A stretch of 64,000 bases of DNA from a virus. Within the stretch, counting starts at the first letter, position 1. The number at the start of each line of letters is the position of its first letter. The stretch spans positions 94,019 to 158,018 of IMG/VR virus record IMGVR_UViG_3300037483_001116; one strand, written 5' to 3'. The position numbers were made by a program, and so were the translations under genes. Under the pieces are notes generated by a model, which had not been told where the DNA came from, ran no database searches, and was given only the letters and a program-made list of their open reading frames with translations. Positions 10,138-18,830 of this stretch are shown here, piece after piece.

Positions 10138-10179
10138 CAAGGTATGGAGCTGAGTCGAAAGATTCAGCTCCATACCTTG
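10138..10179 (+). terminator. Strong stem-loop after the capsid gene (terminator or stabiliser)
   Basis: CAAGGTATGGAGCTGAGTC-GAAA-GATTCAGCTCCATACCTTG: 19-bp stem (one G-U) with a GAAA tetraloop. Confidence 0.8.
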
Positions 10180-10208
10180 CTTAGCACCTCACAAAGGGGG
10201 CTGGACAG

Positions 10209-10421
10209 GTGGCATGTCAAATTGAGACTGTGGTCTACCCGTCGTGGTGGACTTCGGCGGCGACGGTCCAAGTCACCATAGATGGTCTTGGCACTTATAA
10301 CGTCTCAAAGGCGGACGTGGAACTTTTGCCTCAGGGAATTTCAATCATTGGACCCGATGGGGCCCATCCCACGACTATGGCTCCGTGGCACACGGTAGGC
10401 CCCATTAAGCAGACGAGCTAA
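10209..10421 (+). CDS. Small hypothetical virion-region protein
   Basis: RBS-like upstream sequence; TAATG coupling with the next gene. Confidence 0.65.
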   Translation: MACQIETVVYPSWWTSAATVQVTIDGLGTYNVSKADVELLPQGISIIGPDGAHPTTMAPWHTVGPIKQTS

Positions 10422-11260
10422 TGGCAAGCCTCACCGGCCCGTTTTACGTCCCACCACCGAACCCTGTCGTTCCGCGGTACGGCCTGTTCAACGTTGTCAC
10501 AGGTCCCCTGGACCTGCCGATCAACGCCCGAGTCGGTGGCCTGCAGTACCAGATTTCGACGTGCAACCTTCCCCTCGAATACGAGGTGGAATGCCAAGAG
10601 ACCCACAACACGAAGGTCATCACCTCCGGCGTCACCACCGTCACCGGCGCCCCGTTCATTGTCTATTCGGCAATCCAATGCGGCACCGTCGGCTTGGTGG
10701 ATTGGGGTCAGGACGAGGTTCAGCGGTACCTGTACCAGCAGCTCATCGCTGGTGAGCAGGCCACCGTTGAAAGCATCTTCTCGCAGGGCCTCGTGGCCCA
10801 GTTCCCGTCGCTGCAGTCCGGCGCCGTCTCCTTGGGCGCAGCCCAAGGGCCGGTGCAGGCAGTCAGCATGCTGGAGGACTGGCTGTACGCCCGGTTCGGC
10901 TCCCGTGGCGTCATCCATGCCCCCATGGAGGCGGCGGCGTACATCAAAGGTGCGCACCTGATCGAGCCTGACGGCAACGTCAATGCGGGTGGTGTCTGGC
11001 GAACGGAAGTCGGGACCGCGGTCAGTTTCGGCAACTACGCCGGAATCGGTCCCACCGGTCAGGCCGGAACTTGGATCTACGTGACGGGTCCTGTCGCTAT
11101 TTGGCGGACCCCGGACAACGAACTGTTCGTCCCGCCGGTGGGCCAGGTCATCAACCGTTCCACCAACGTCCTGACCATCGTCATGGAACGCGAATACGTC
11201 CTCACGTATGACTGCTATTCGGCAGCTGTACAGGTAACCCTCGACACAACGGACCAGTAA
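10421..11260 (+). CDS. Major capsid pentamer-type protein
   Basis: RYGLF..., PFIVY..C, GVIH, WIYVTGPVAIWR, NRSTN...ER pattern; synteny after the hexamer gene. Confidence 0.75.
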   Translation: MASLTGPFYVPPPNPVVPRYGLFNVVTGPLDLPINARVGGLQYQISTCNLPLEYEVECQETHNTKVITSGVTTVTGAPFIVYSAIQCGTVGLVDWGQDEVQRYLYQQLIAGEQATVESIFSQGLVAQFPSLQSGAVSLGAAQGPVQAVSMLEDWLYARFGSRGVIHAPMEAAAYIKGAHLIEPDGNVNAGGVWRTEVGTAVSFGNYAGIGPTGQAGTWIYVTGPVAIWRTPDNELFVPPVGQVINRSTNVLTIVMEREYVLTYDCYSAAVQVTLDTTDQ

Positions 11261-11685
11261 TGCCTCTGATGCGCCAGTGGGTTGAAATCACCGTGGGTGA
11301 GGACCTCCTCATCCCGGTGGTTCGCGAACTCCTGGATATGGCCGCCGACCCGAATCAGGTCGAAGTGGTTCATGGCGACGTCGGCCGCGTCATTTTGGCC
11401 GAAGTCCACCTGGCCGAGCACTGGTTCCAGGAGCGACTGAAGCAGGACACCGTCAACACTGTTCCACTGCCGGAAGAGGACTTCGTCGTTTCCGCTGCGA
11501 CCGAGGTCGAGCCCCCGGCTCTGGTGCTTGAGCCGACGCCAGAGCCGGTTACGGAGCCGGTCGTGGTGATGTCGCCGGCCCCATTGCTGGCCCCGCCGCC
11601 GCCGGCACTTGTGCCACCCAGGCCGCCCGTGCGGCGGACGACCAGCACCAAACCCTCCGCTTCCCTTAACGGCGAGGAACAATAA
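11260..11685 (+). CDS. Hypothetical protein, Pro-rich C-terminus
   Basis: TAATG coupling on both sides. Confidence 0.7.
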   Translation: MPLMRQWVEITVGEDLLIPVVRELLDMAADPNQVEVVHGDVGRVILAEVHLAEHWFQERLKQDTVNTVPLPEEDFVVSAATEVEPPALVLEPTPEPVTEPVVVMSPAPLLAPPPPALVPPRPPVRRTTSTKPSASLNGEEQ

Positions 11686-12380
11686 TGGCCACAGTATGTT
11701 TTACCCCCTTCAAGATTCCGCGGGTGCGGGTGACGCGGCTCAACTCCTGCGGCCAGGTCGTCACCGGCGACTGCTCCCAGGTCGTGTCCGACGGCATCAT
11801 CTCCGTCGAAATGACCAAAAATTATGAGGACCGCGAAGAGTTCTTCGTCAAAAACGGTGACGGGACGTTCTGCGTCCGGGCTACCAGCGCGCCGATTCTC
11901 AAGTGGATTGACCTGGTCCTGACGTTCTGCAACGTCGACCCCGACATCGTCAACATCGTCGCCAACGAGCCGCTATATGCATCCGACGACGCAGCTGCGA
12001 CAAAGATTGGCTACTCGGTCGACCAGGACTCCGCCTCTGGTGTGTTCTTCGCGCTGGAAGGCTGGACCCGGCTGACCGGCACCTCACAGCTGTGCACCGG
12101 CGGCCAGGAGTTCGGATACTTCTTATGGCCGTTTGTTGTTGAGGGAACCATCGGTGACATGACCCTCGAAAACGGCGTTGCCAACTTTGTTGTTAACGCA
12201 AGGACCACGAACAACTCGCTGTGGGGCGTCGGTCCGTACAACGTGGACTACAGCGACGCGGTGCCGGGCTCGACAACGCCGATTCCGATGCTGACGCCGA
12301 TCACATCGACCCAGCATCAGCGCATGTTCATTACCAGGTTGGCACCACCTGCGGCCAGCTGTGGCTGCGCCGCGGTGTAA
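11685..12380 (+). CDS. Major tail protein
   Basis: RVTRLNSCG...KNGDG..C...FCNVDP...FALEGW...G..T.EN pattern of cluster-B-like tail tube proteins; synteny. Confidence 0.82.
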   Translation: MATVCFTPFKIPRVRVTRLNSCGQVVTGDCSQVVSDGIISVEMTKNYEDREEFFVKNGDGTFCVRATSAPILKWIDLVLTFCNVDPDIVNIVANEPLYASDDAAATKIGYSVDQDSASGVFFALEGWTRLTGTSQLCTGGQEFGYFLWPFVVEGTIGDMTLENGVANFVVNARTTNNSLWGVGPYNVDYSDAVPGSTTPIPMLTPITSTQHQRMFITRLAPPAASCGCAAV

Positions 12381-12390
12381 CGGAAATACT

Positions 12391-12706
12391 TTGATGTCCA
12401 AAGGTCCCACCATCAGCTTCTGATAACTGCAACTAGTCCGAGGTGCAGGAGTCAATAGCGGGACCAGAAGTTCCTGCTGGTGCAACTAAAAATTCTGTGA
12501 CCCGCGAAAGGCCACGGGGCCCGACTTGCTACGACAAGTAAAAAAAGTAAGGGCGAACCGCTAGGATTCTGGAAAGGGAGGTGGGCTATGGGCGCACACA
12601 ACGTTGGTCCATCTCCTCTTTTAGTTCACACGAACAGATATTGAAGCTTCAAGCATCTGGCCCACGAAGACTCCGGTCATTGCCTGAGCGGAATCTTGAA
12701 CATCAA
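12391..12706 (+). ncRNA. Candidate large structured non-coding RNA (~320 nt); strand inferred from context
   Basis: No credible ORF, lower GC, and many nested complementary segments including a 5'/3' closing stem (see findings). Confidence 0.5.
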
Positions 12707-12770
12707 GAGAAAACCAGCAAGACGCAGGTAGTTGCCGCAGCAGACATAACCCGGGCGGAGGTGAGCCAGT

Positions 12771-14003
12771 ATGGCCAGGCTTCTTTATGCAGACCCGGGC
12801 TCGCAGCTGGTCTACAGGACTGTTGGTTCGCTACTGCGGTCAGCCGTCGGCAAGGTGGCCACCGTCTATGCTGACGCCGCCGCCACGACCCTTGCCGATA
12901 TCGCCACCTACAACCCGCTGACCCCGACTGTGCCTGGCGCGGTTATTGCTACGTCAACTTTGACCGTTGACAGCAACTCGCTGCTGCCCTGGTTCTGGGG
13001 GCCGCTCACGGCTGTCGATACTCTGTGGGTAGTGGTAGACGGTGGTCCAATTACGCAGATCAATGCCTACTACGATCCGCGCATCGACGCCTTGACGACG
13101 ACGGCGCTGGGCACCGGAGTGCTGACCGGCGGCGAGCTGAACGCAAGTCTTACCCCATCCTCGCTTGACATCAGCGCGACCGTTGGCTTCATCACGGATT
13201 ACACGACTACGCCCAGTACGCCCACTACCGAGCTGGTATCCATCCCAGCGCAGACGGTATTACTCAGCGACCTGGTTGGCATTGTCACCTGGTGGATGAT
13301 CGACTCTACTGGTGCGATTATCCAACAGGGCACAAGGCCGACGAATACCCAGCGTCGCACCCACATTCAACTGGGTGCCACCGCCCAGTCAGGCGGCGTG
13401 ATCTTTGTTGATCAGAGCTTGCCCGTTGTACTGCCCCAGGTCGCCAACCAGCTCTATGACCTGATGTATGCGCTGGGGGCATTCAACGCAGAGGGAAACA
13501 TAATTTCTGCGGGCGCCACCGACTTGACCGTGGCTCGATCATCCGGCTCAGTGTTTAGCGTGTCGTCTAATCACTTCGCTGGACCGGTATTGACCAACGA
13601 TCCACATGTCACGGCCACTTCAGCGCTGAATCCAATCTTCATGATCTACGCTACCCGCTCAACGACCACAGTCCCAGCGGCTGTCACCAGCGTTGATCCC
13701 GCCAACTACGATCTCGCTGGAGTTGTCACCGCCATTGGGGGAAGCCCCAACAACGCCACAATTCAGAGAGTCTTTTTTGCGGCGGTCAATACGCCCCAGA
13801 ACCAGGTCATCGTGCAGTACGGCCAACGGATCTATGTATCTCTGGCGGACGCGGTAGCTGCAGCTGGAAGTGATGTATTCGTCAAGAACCCGTTACTCGG
13901 CAACAGTGTCCTACTGGGGTATCTGTGCGTCTTGCGGGGTGCCACTAATCTGGCCGATACGGCGCAGGCCCAGTTTATCGTAGCGGGAAGGTTCATTCTC
14001 TGA
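12771..14003 (+). CDS. Putative virion structural/minor tail protein (410 aa)
   Basis: GGAGGTGA RBS; Thr/Val/Ala-rich beta-type composition; position in the structural operon. Confidence 0.65.
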   Translation: MARLLYADPGSQLVYRTVGSLLRSAVGKVATVYADAAATTLADIATYNPLTPTVPGAVIATSTLTVDSNSLLPWFWGPLTAVDTLWVVVDGGPITQINAYYDPRIDALTTTALGTGVLTGGELNASLTPSSLDISATVGFITDYTTTPSTPTTELVSIPAQTVLLSDLVGIVTWWMIDSTGAIIQQGTRPTNTQRRTHIQLGATAQSGGVIFVDQSLPVVLPQVANQLYDLMYALGAFNAEGNIISAGATDLTVARSSGSVFSVSSNHFAGPVLTNDPHVTATSALNPIFMIYATRSTTTVPAAVTSVDPANYDLAGVVTAIGGSPNNATIQRVFFAAVNTPQNQVIVQYGQRIYVSLADAVAAAGSDVFVKNPLLGNSVLLGYLCVLRGATNLADTAQAQFIVAGRFIL

Positions 14004-14080
14004 CATGCCCGCTCCTACAGCCTTGATTCCGGCCAGCCCGTTGGGTGCCACTGCCCCATTCGGGGGGAGGTGCTGCCCTG

Positions 14081-14923
14081 ATGCCGATTCCGGCCGGCAG
14101 TTCCACTAGTCCGTTCACACCGGGGCCCTGCACCTGGCCCGATATCGGTACACAACTCTGCTGCGAAGACTGGGATACCTATAGCGCAGCCCTGCGGGAG
14201 CAGGCCGCTACCTACGCCCGGATGGTCCTGTGGGCCGCGACCGGCCGCCAGTTCGGACTGTGTGAGCTGACCGTCAGGCCATGCGGAAAGTTCTGCGAAG
14301 ACTGCGGCTCCACCGGCTGGTACTACGACGGCATGGGCGCCTGGGCCCCATACATCTGGAATGGTGAATGGCACAACTGCTGGTGTGGCGGCAACGGTCC
14401 CGGCGGCTGCTGCACCTGCTCCCCAGACTGCCAGGTCTACTTGCCTGGGCCGGTCGCGGAGATCATCTCAGTCCGAGTCGGGGGCGAAAGTCTCAACGTC
14501 ACCGGCGGCGACATCTTCGTCCTCGACCAGCAATGGCTCGTCCGGACCGATACCACTGCCTGCTGGCCCCAGTGTGCTGACCAGAATCTGGCGCCGGGCG
14601 ACGTGGACGCGTTCGAGGTCACATACCTGCGTGGACTGGCGGTGCCGGACGCGTTAGCCCAGGCCTACGGGGTCTTGAGTTGTGAGTATGCGAAGGCATG
14701 CTTAGGTCTACCCTGTAGGCTGCCTGGACGAGTGTCGTCCCTTAGTCGCCAGGGGGTTTCAATCAGCATGGTCGATGTAAATGACCTATTGAAATACGGA
14801 CTAACGGGCATTCTTGAGGTCGACCAGATAGTCACGGCCATCAATCCATACTCCCTGAAGGGTCGAACGCGCTTTTTTTCAAGCGATATGCAAGACCCCC
14901 GACAGATAACATGGCCCGTATGA
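14081..14923 (+). CDS. Head-to-tail adaptor (Cys-rich)
   Basis: LWAATGRQFGLC..VRPC...WPQC...C.LP.RVSSLSRQGVS...GLTGI.EVD..V.A.NP motif; GGAGG RBS before ATG 14081. Confidence 0.8.
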   Translation: MPIPAGSSTSPFTPGPCTWPDIGTQLCCEDWDTYSAALREQAATYARMVLWAATGRQFGLCELTVRPCGKFCEDCGSTGWYYDGMGAWAPYIWNGEWHNCWCGGNGPGGCCTCSPDCQVYLPGPVAEIISVRVGGESLNVTGGDIFVLDQQWLVRTDTTACWPQCADQNLAPGDVDAFEVTYLRGLAVPDALAQAYGVLSCEYAKACLGLPCRLPGRVSSLSRQGVSISMVDVNDLLKYGLTGILEVDQIVTAINPYSLKGRTRFFSSDMQDPRQITWPV

Positions 14924-15501
14924 GGACCAAAGAATATCAAGCCCTCATCCGTCGCGGGTTTGACTATAGCGTCGGCGACCGAGACTGTATCCACCTCCAC
15001 GGAATCAGGGGTGGTAAACACGGCGGCTATGTCTCAGTTCGCTGGAAGGGCGTCAGTAGGCCGGCCCATCGCGTCTCATATACTGAATGGCATGGAGACA
15101 TTCCGCCGGGCAGCCACATTGACCACACTTGCCACAATGAGGCTGCCGCTAGAGGCGAATGTGCTGGTGGCCTGACGTGCCTCCATCGAGGCTGTATCAA
15201 CCCTATGCACTTAGAGGCTAAAACTCACCAAGAGAACATGCTTGCGTCGCCCCTGACGGCTCCCGGTCGTGGACCAGTGGGATGGGCCGAGTCGCAAACC
15301 CAGAAAACTCACTGTCCTCAGGGTCACGAATATTCTGAGGCGAATACATACATTTGGCATCGACCGGAGACCTCCTACATCGCCCGTATGTGCAGATCAT
15401 GTATTCGTGAACGCGCCAGGGAGCGTAGGGCAAACTCCTTAAAGGCGGGTCTGACCTCTAACGGAACCCCCTGGAAACGGAAGCCAAAGGAGCGCAAGTA
15501 A
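14920..15501 (+). CDS. HNH homing endonuclease
   Basis: AHRVSY...IDHTC...CINP.HLE..THQEN plus a KTHCPQGHEY zinc-finger tail; ATGA overlap. Confidence 0.88.
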   Translation: MRTKEYQALIRRGFDYSVGDRDCIHLHGIRGGKHGGYVSVRWKGVSRPAHRVSYTEWHGDIPPGSHIDHTCHNEAAARGECAGGLTCLHRGCINPMHLEAKTHQENMLASPLTAPGRGPVGWAESQTQKTHCPQGHEYSEANTYIWHRPETSYIARMCRSCIRERARERRANSLKAGLTSNGTPWKRKPKERK

Positions 15502-15866
15502 TGGCGACCTCGTGGTCAAGTACGGCGGCCAACGTAGCACTCGATGCCCTTTTAGCAACGTATTCATTCATTAAGCTCCATGTCGGCTCCCCCGGCGCCG
15601 CTGGCACCTCGAACCCGGCCGTAGAGACCACCAGAATGCAGGCCACTTGGAGCGCGGCGGCGGCCGGCGCCTCCGCGAACACGAACCTGTTGTCGTGGAC
15701 CGCCGTGGCTGCGTCCGAGGACTATACCCATTTCTCGGTGTGGACGTTGAATGCGGCTGGCGTCTTCGGTTTTTCTGGAATCATTACAGCAAATGCCGTG
15801 ACGGCTGGCGACACTTTCCAGATTGCCATCGGAGATTTGGACGTCGTCCTTACTCTCGCCTCCTAG
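15501..15866 (+). CDS. Small tail-associated structural protein
   Basis: IKLH.GSPG.AGTSN...THFSVW...GDTFQI motif common in phage tail regions. Confidence 0.7.
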   Translation: MATSWSSTAANVALDALLATYSFIKLHVGSPGAAGTSNPAVETTRMQATWSAAAAGASANTNLLSWTAVAASEDYTHFSVWTLNAAGVFGFSGIITANAVTAGDTFQIAIGDLDVVLTLAS

Positions 15867-15911
15867 TATGATCTTGAATCTTGTTCCAGGTCTACGGAAG
15901 CGGGGTGACCA

Positions 15912-17324
15912 GTGAGCCGCCTATTTAATGGATCGTCCGACTTTATCACCTTCGCCGCTGGTGGCGCCGCCAATCTGCCCACCGCTGCTTTGTCGACGGT
16001 CTTTTTATGGCGACCGAATGCCATTGACGCTGGCGGCCTTCTTGACGGACTAGACGGTGGTGCCGCCCGACGTATCGGCGCTAACACATTCGGCAATGAC
16101 GTTTTCTTTGCCGTTGGTGGCGGTTTTACCTCCACCCCCTATAACACGTACCTCAACCAGTGGGCCATTCTTGGGTTCACTAAGCCGGCGGGCAACGGCC
16201 AGACGGTCCGAACCCACCTCTACCGCTACGACACGCTTACCTGGACTCACACTGATCTTGGCGCACTCGACTCGAACTTGGCCATCGCGTCAATCCTCGT
16301 GGGCTCGTTCAACCCCGGCGAGTTCCTCAACGGCAACCTCGCCGCCATTGGCCTATGGACCGGCACCGCCCTGGCTGATGCCACATTTGAGGCTGGAACC
16401 GGTTTCCAAACGTCGCTGGCCAACTGGTTCAATGCGACGCCTTCGGTGCTGTGGCGCTTCAACCAAGCATCCACGGCGGACCCCGTCAACGACATCATGG
16501 CTTCTGGTGCTGATCAGACGGCCATCACTGGGACCACGGTCAGTGCGGAGGATCCGCCCGGCTTTAGTTACAACATTGCCGCTACGGTTGACGGTACCGG
16601 TGTGGCAGATCTTGGCTCTTTGTCGGCTGCCGCCACCGGCGGCGTCACCGTCGGTGGTGTTGCTACCGCGGACCTGGGGGTTCTGTCTGCTGGCGCTTCT
16701 GGCGGTGTCGTTGTTTCCGGTGTGGCGTTATCTGACCTCGGCCGCTTGGAGGCTACCGTGACCACGCCGGAACCGCCGGACCCGGACCGGTTTGTGTCTG
16801 TGCTGATGAATCAGCTGCTGGCGTGCTTGTGTGAGCAGGTGGCGTTGCAGGAGAACCCGCCACTGCACTGCTGCTTTCGGGTGGGTACTGAGATCGCCCA
16901 TGACGCCGGGATCTTGCAGGATCTGTGCTGTGAGGGCGTCGCCTACGTGGCCCTCGGTGATACGTATCCGTCGTCGGATTCGTTCCCGGAGGCGGACATT
17001 GTCCGGCAGGCCAGCGCCCACTGCGCGCCGCAGACGTGGGCCCAGCAGTTCAAGGTGGGGATCATCCGCTGCGTCCCGACCGGGGACGAGTTCCTGCCGC
17101 CGAGCTGCACGGACTGGAACGCCGCGTCCCGACAGAACGTCATTGACGCTCAGACTCTGCGGCGGGTGGCATGCTGCATGCGGGACTTTGTGGTGAATAG
17201 TGCCGGGGACTTCTTGGGCATGTCGTTTGTGATCGAGCGTCAGTCGCAAGGCAATCCGCAGGGTGGCTGTGTGGAACGGTCGATGACGTTGACGGCTCAG
17301 TTTATCAACGCAGATTGTTGTTGA
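15912..17324 (+). CDS. Fusion of an N-terminal LamG/concanavalin-like beta domain with a C-terminal Cys-rich tail terminator/connector domain
   Basis: N-terminal SRLFNGSSD...FLNGNLAAIG.W..AL...WRFNQ. C-terminal LLACLC...CC.G.AYV...GIIRC.P...PQGGC. Confidence 0.65.
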   Translation: MSRLFNGSSDFITFAAGGAANLPTAALSTVFLWRPNAIDAGGLLDGLDGGAARRIGANTFGNDVFFAVGGGFTSTPYNTYLNQWAILGFTKPAGNGQTVRTHLYRYDTLTWTHTDLGALDSNLAIASILVGSFNPGEFLNGNLAAIGLWTGTALADATFEAGTGFQTSLANWFNATPSVLWRFNQASTADPVNDIMASGADQTAITGTTVSAEDPPGFSYNIAATVDGTGVADLGSLSAAATGGVTVGGVATADLGVLSAGASGGVVVSGVALSDLGRLEATVTTPEPPDPDRFVSVLMNQLLACLCEQVALQENPPLHCCFRVGTEIAHDAGILQDLCCEGVAYVALGDTYPSSDSFPEADIVRQASAHCAPQTWAQQFKVGIIRCVPTGDEFLPPSCTDWNAASRQNVIDAQTLRRVACCMRDFVVNSAGDFLGMSFVIERQSQGNPQGGCVERSMTLTAQFINADCC

Positions 17325-17327
17325 TCG

Positions 17328-17810
17328 ATGTCTAACTACCAGGTCTACGAAGCCCAGCTACTGAAGCAGACGGCCAGGATCACCCGCCGGCAGGCAGACA
17401 AGGTCCTCAAGGCGGCGCAGGAAGAGGCCCGAGAAAACGCTCTTGTCGGCGAGTACAGCAAGGGCAACCTGGCCAAGACTATCTACCGGAGCGGGCCGTT
17501 TGTCCGCGGCTACAGTGCGTCGGGGACAGTCGGCTCCCGGGCCCCATACGCCAAGGCGGTGGAGAAGGGCGCTCGGGTGCATAACATCTTCCCCAAGGGC
17601 GCGCCGAAGCGTTACCGATTCGGCAGGGTTGAAGCGCCTGCACTCAAGTTTGTGTGGCGTGGCCGGACGGTGTACTTCAACCAAATCCCCGGCGCAAGAG
17701 GCACCGTGGGTCGCTCTCACCCCGGCCAAAAGGGGAAGCATTACCTGTCGCGGGCTCTGGTGAGCGTGGCGGCGCGGTACAACCTACGAGTCATCATCCG
17801 CGACGTCTAG
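17328..17810 (+). CDS. HK97 gp10-like neck/tail-completion protein
   Basis: GNLA.TI...VGS.APYA..VEKG.R.H.I.P...L.F...HPG.KG..YL.RAL. Confidence 0.75.
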   Translation: MSNYQVYEAQLLKQTARITRRQADKVLKAAQEEARENALVGEYSKGNLAKTIYRSGPFVRGYSASGTVGSRAPYAKAVEKGARVHNIFPKGAPKRYRFGRVEAPALKFVWRGRTVYFNQIPGARGTVGRSHPGQKGKHYLSRALVSVAARYNLRVIIRDV

Positions 17811-17820
17811 TATCGGGCCC

Positions 17821-18168
17821 ATGACCAATCCTGACCCTGGGCGCGAGACCCAGATTGTCGATATGCATGGACGTAACGTTGTCGTCCGGAAACTTGCCGA
17901 TACGCAGGTGATGCTACTGGCCCGCGAGTCTAAGATCTTGCAGCGTGATGACGTCGGCATGGACCGGAAGTTAGATGGCATCGACCGGATGTTTGCCATC
18001 CTGGAGTCGGTGGTTGTCCAGGCCGAGGACAAGAAGTATATGCAGGATTTGATGACGACTGGTGACCTGGACCTGCGGGAACTGGTCAGTTTCGTGACGG
18101 TTTTCGAAGCCTCCGAGGACGAGAAGCCGGTTCGGGTGCGTCGTGGCCGGACGCCGGCCAAGCGGTAG
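17821..18168 (+). CDS. Tail assembly chaperone (putative)
   Basis: Size and position upstream of the tape measure gene. Confidence 0.6.
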   Translation: MTNPDPGRETQIVDMHGRNVVVRKLADTQVMLLARESKILQRDDVGMDRKLDGIDRMFAILESVVVQAEDKKYMQDLMTTGDLDLRELVSFVTVFEASEDEKPVRVRRGRTPAKR

Positions 18169-18757
18169 TCGGTCCAGTTCCCGCGGCGGTCCGGACGAGT
18201 TGGCGCAGTCAGCCAAGGGTGTTGCGGTTCCCAGCCTGAATACGGATCCGGTGTGGTCACTGAAGCCGTGGCCAGCGGTGGTGCGGCTGGGGGGCCAGGA
18301 GTTTGAGTTGCCGGCGATGCCCGCGGCGGACTGGCTCGCGTATCTGATGCAGCCGGTCCCCGATGTTGAGGGTCTGGTCTTGGACTTTTTGGGCGCCGTC
18401 GACGACCTGATATATGCCGGGAAGGTCCAGGTCGAGGACCTTGATGAGGCGATGCTTGAGCTGATCTCAACGGTGTGTGCTCGGCCGTGGTGGGTGGCGT
18501 TGCGGCAGGTCAAGGTGGCCCGGGATGCGTGGCCTGTGCTGGGTCCGAAGCTGTTGGAGCGGATTGACCTGGAGCGGGTGTCCATTGCCGCTTTCCTGGA
18601 CGTTTTGCTGACGGTCACGCTGGAATCTATGGACCCGAGGGACGTAGCCATGTTCGTATTGAGACTGGAGGCCGTTCCGGTGGAGCTGGCCCGGGACCTG
18701 CCGGCGCCGATTGAGTCAATGGAAATGGACCGTGGGTCCTTCCTTTCTATGCAGTGA
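18143..18757 (+). CDS. Tail assembly chaperone 2 (putative; true start probably ~18220)
   Basis: P.MPAADWL...RPWW.A motif; immediately precedes the tape measure gene. Confidence 0.6.
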   Translation: MAGRRPSGSRSSSRGGPDELAQSAKGVAVPSLNTDPVWSLKPWPAVVRLGGQEFELPAMPAADWLAYLMQPVPDVEGLVLDFLGAVDDLIYAGKVQVEDLDEAMLELISTVCARPWWVALRQVKVARDAWPVLGPKLLERIDLERVSIAAFLDVLLTVTLESMDPRDVAMFVLRLEAVPVELARDLPAPIESMEMDRGSFLSMQ

Positions 18758-18830
18758 TCGTTAGACTGTCTTCTGAGTGCCGCTGCCTTGTCTGCGCACA
18801 CCACATTGAGTCTTGAGGGGTGGTGCTGTC

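Noticed and set aside
12381-12770. tRNA, tmRNA or RNase P identity; ORFs 12581..12874 and 12123..12485
   Set aside because: Diagnostic motifs are absent (no T-loop/CCA end, no GAGGAAAGUCC). The ORFs overlap real genes and look non-coding.
17821-18757. Programmed -1 frameshift between tail assembly chaperones
   Set aside because: The second ORF is in the +1 frame and no XXXYYYZ slippery site is evident near the junction
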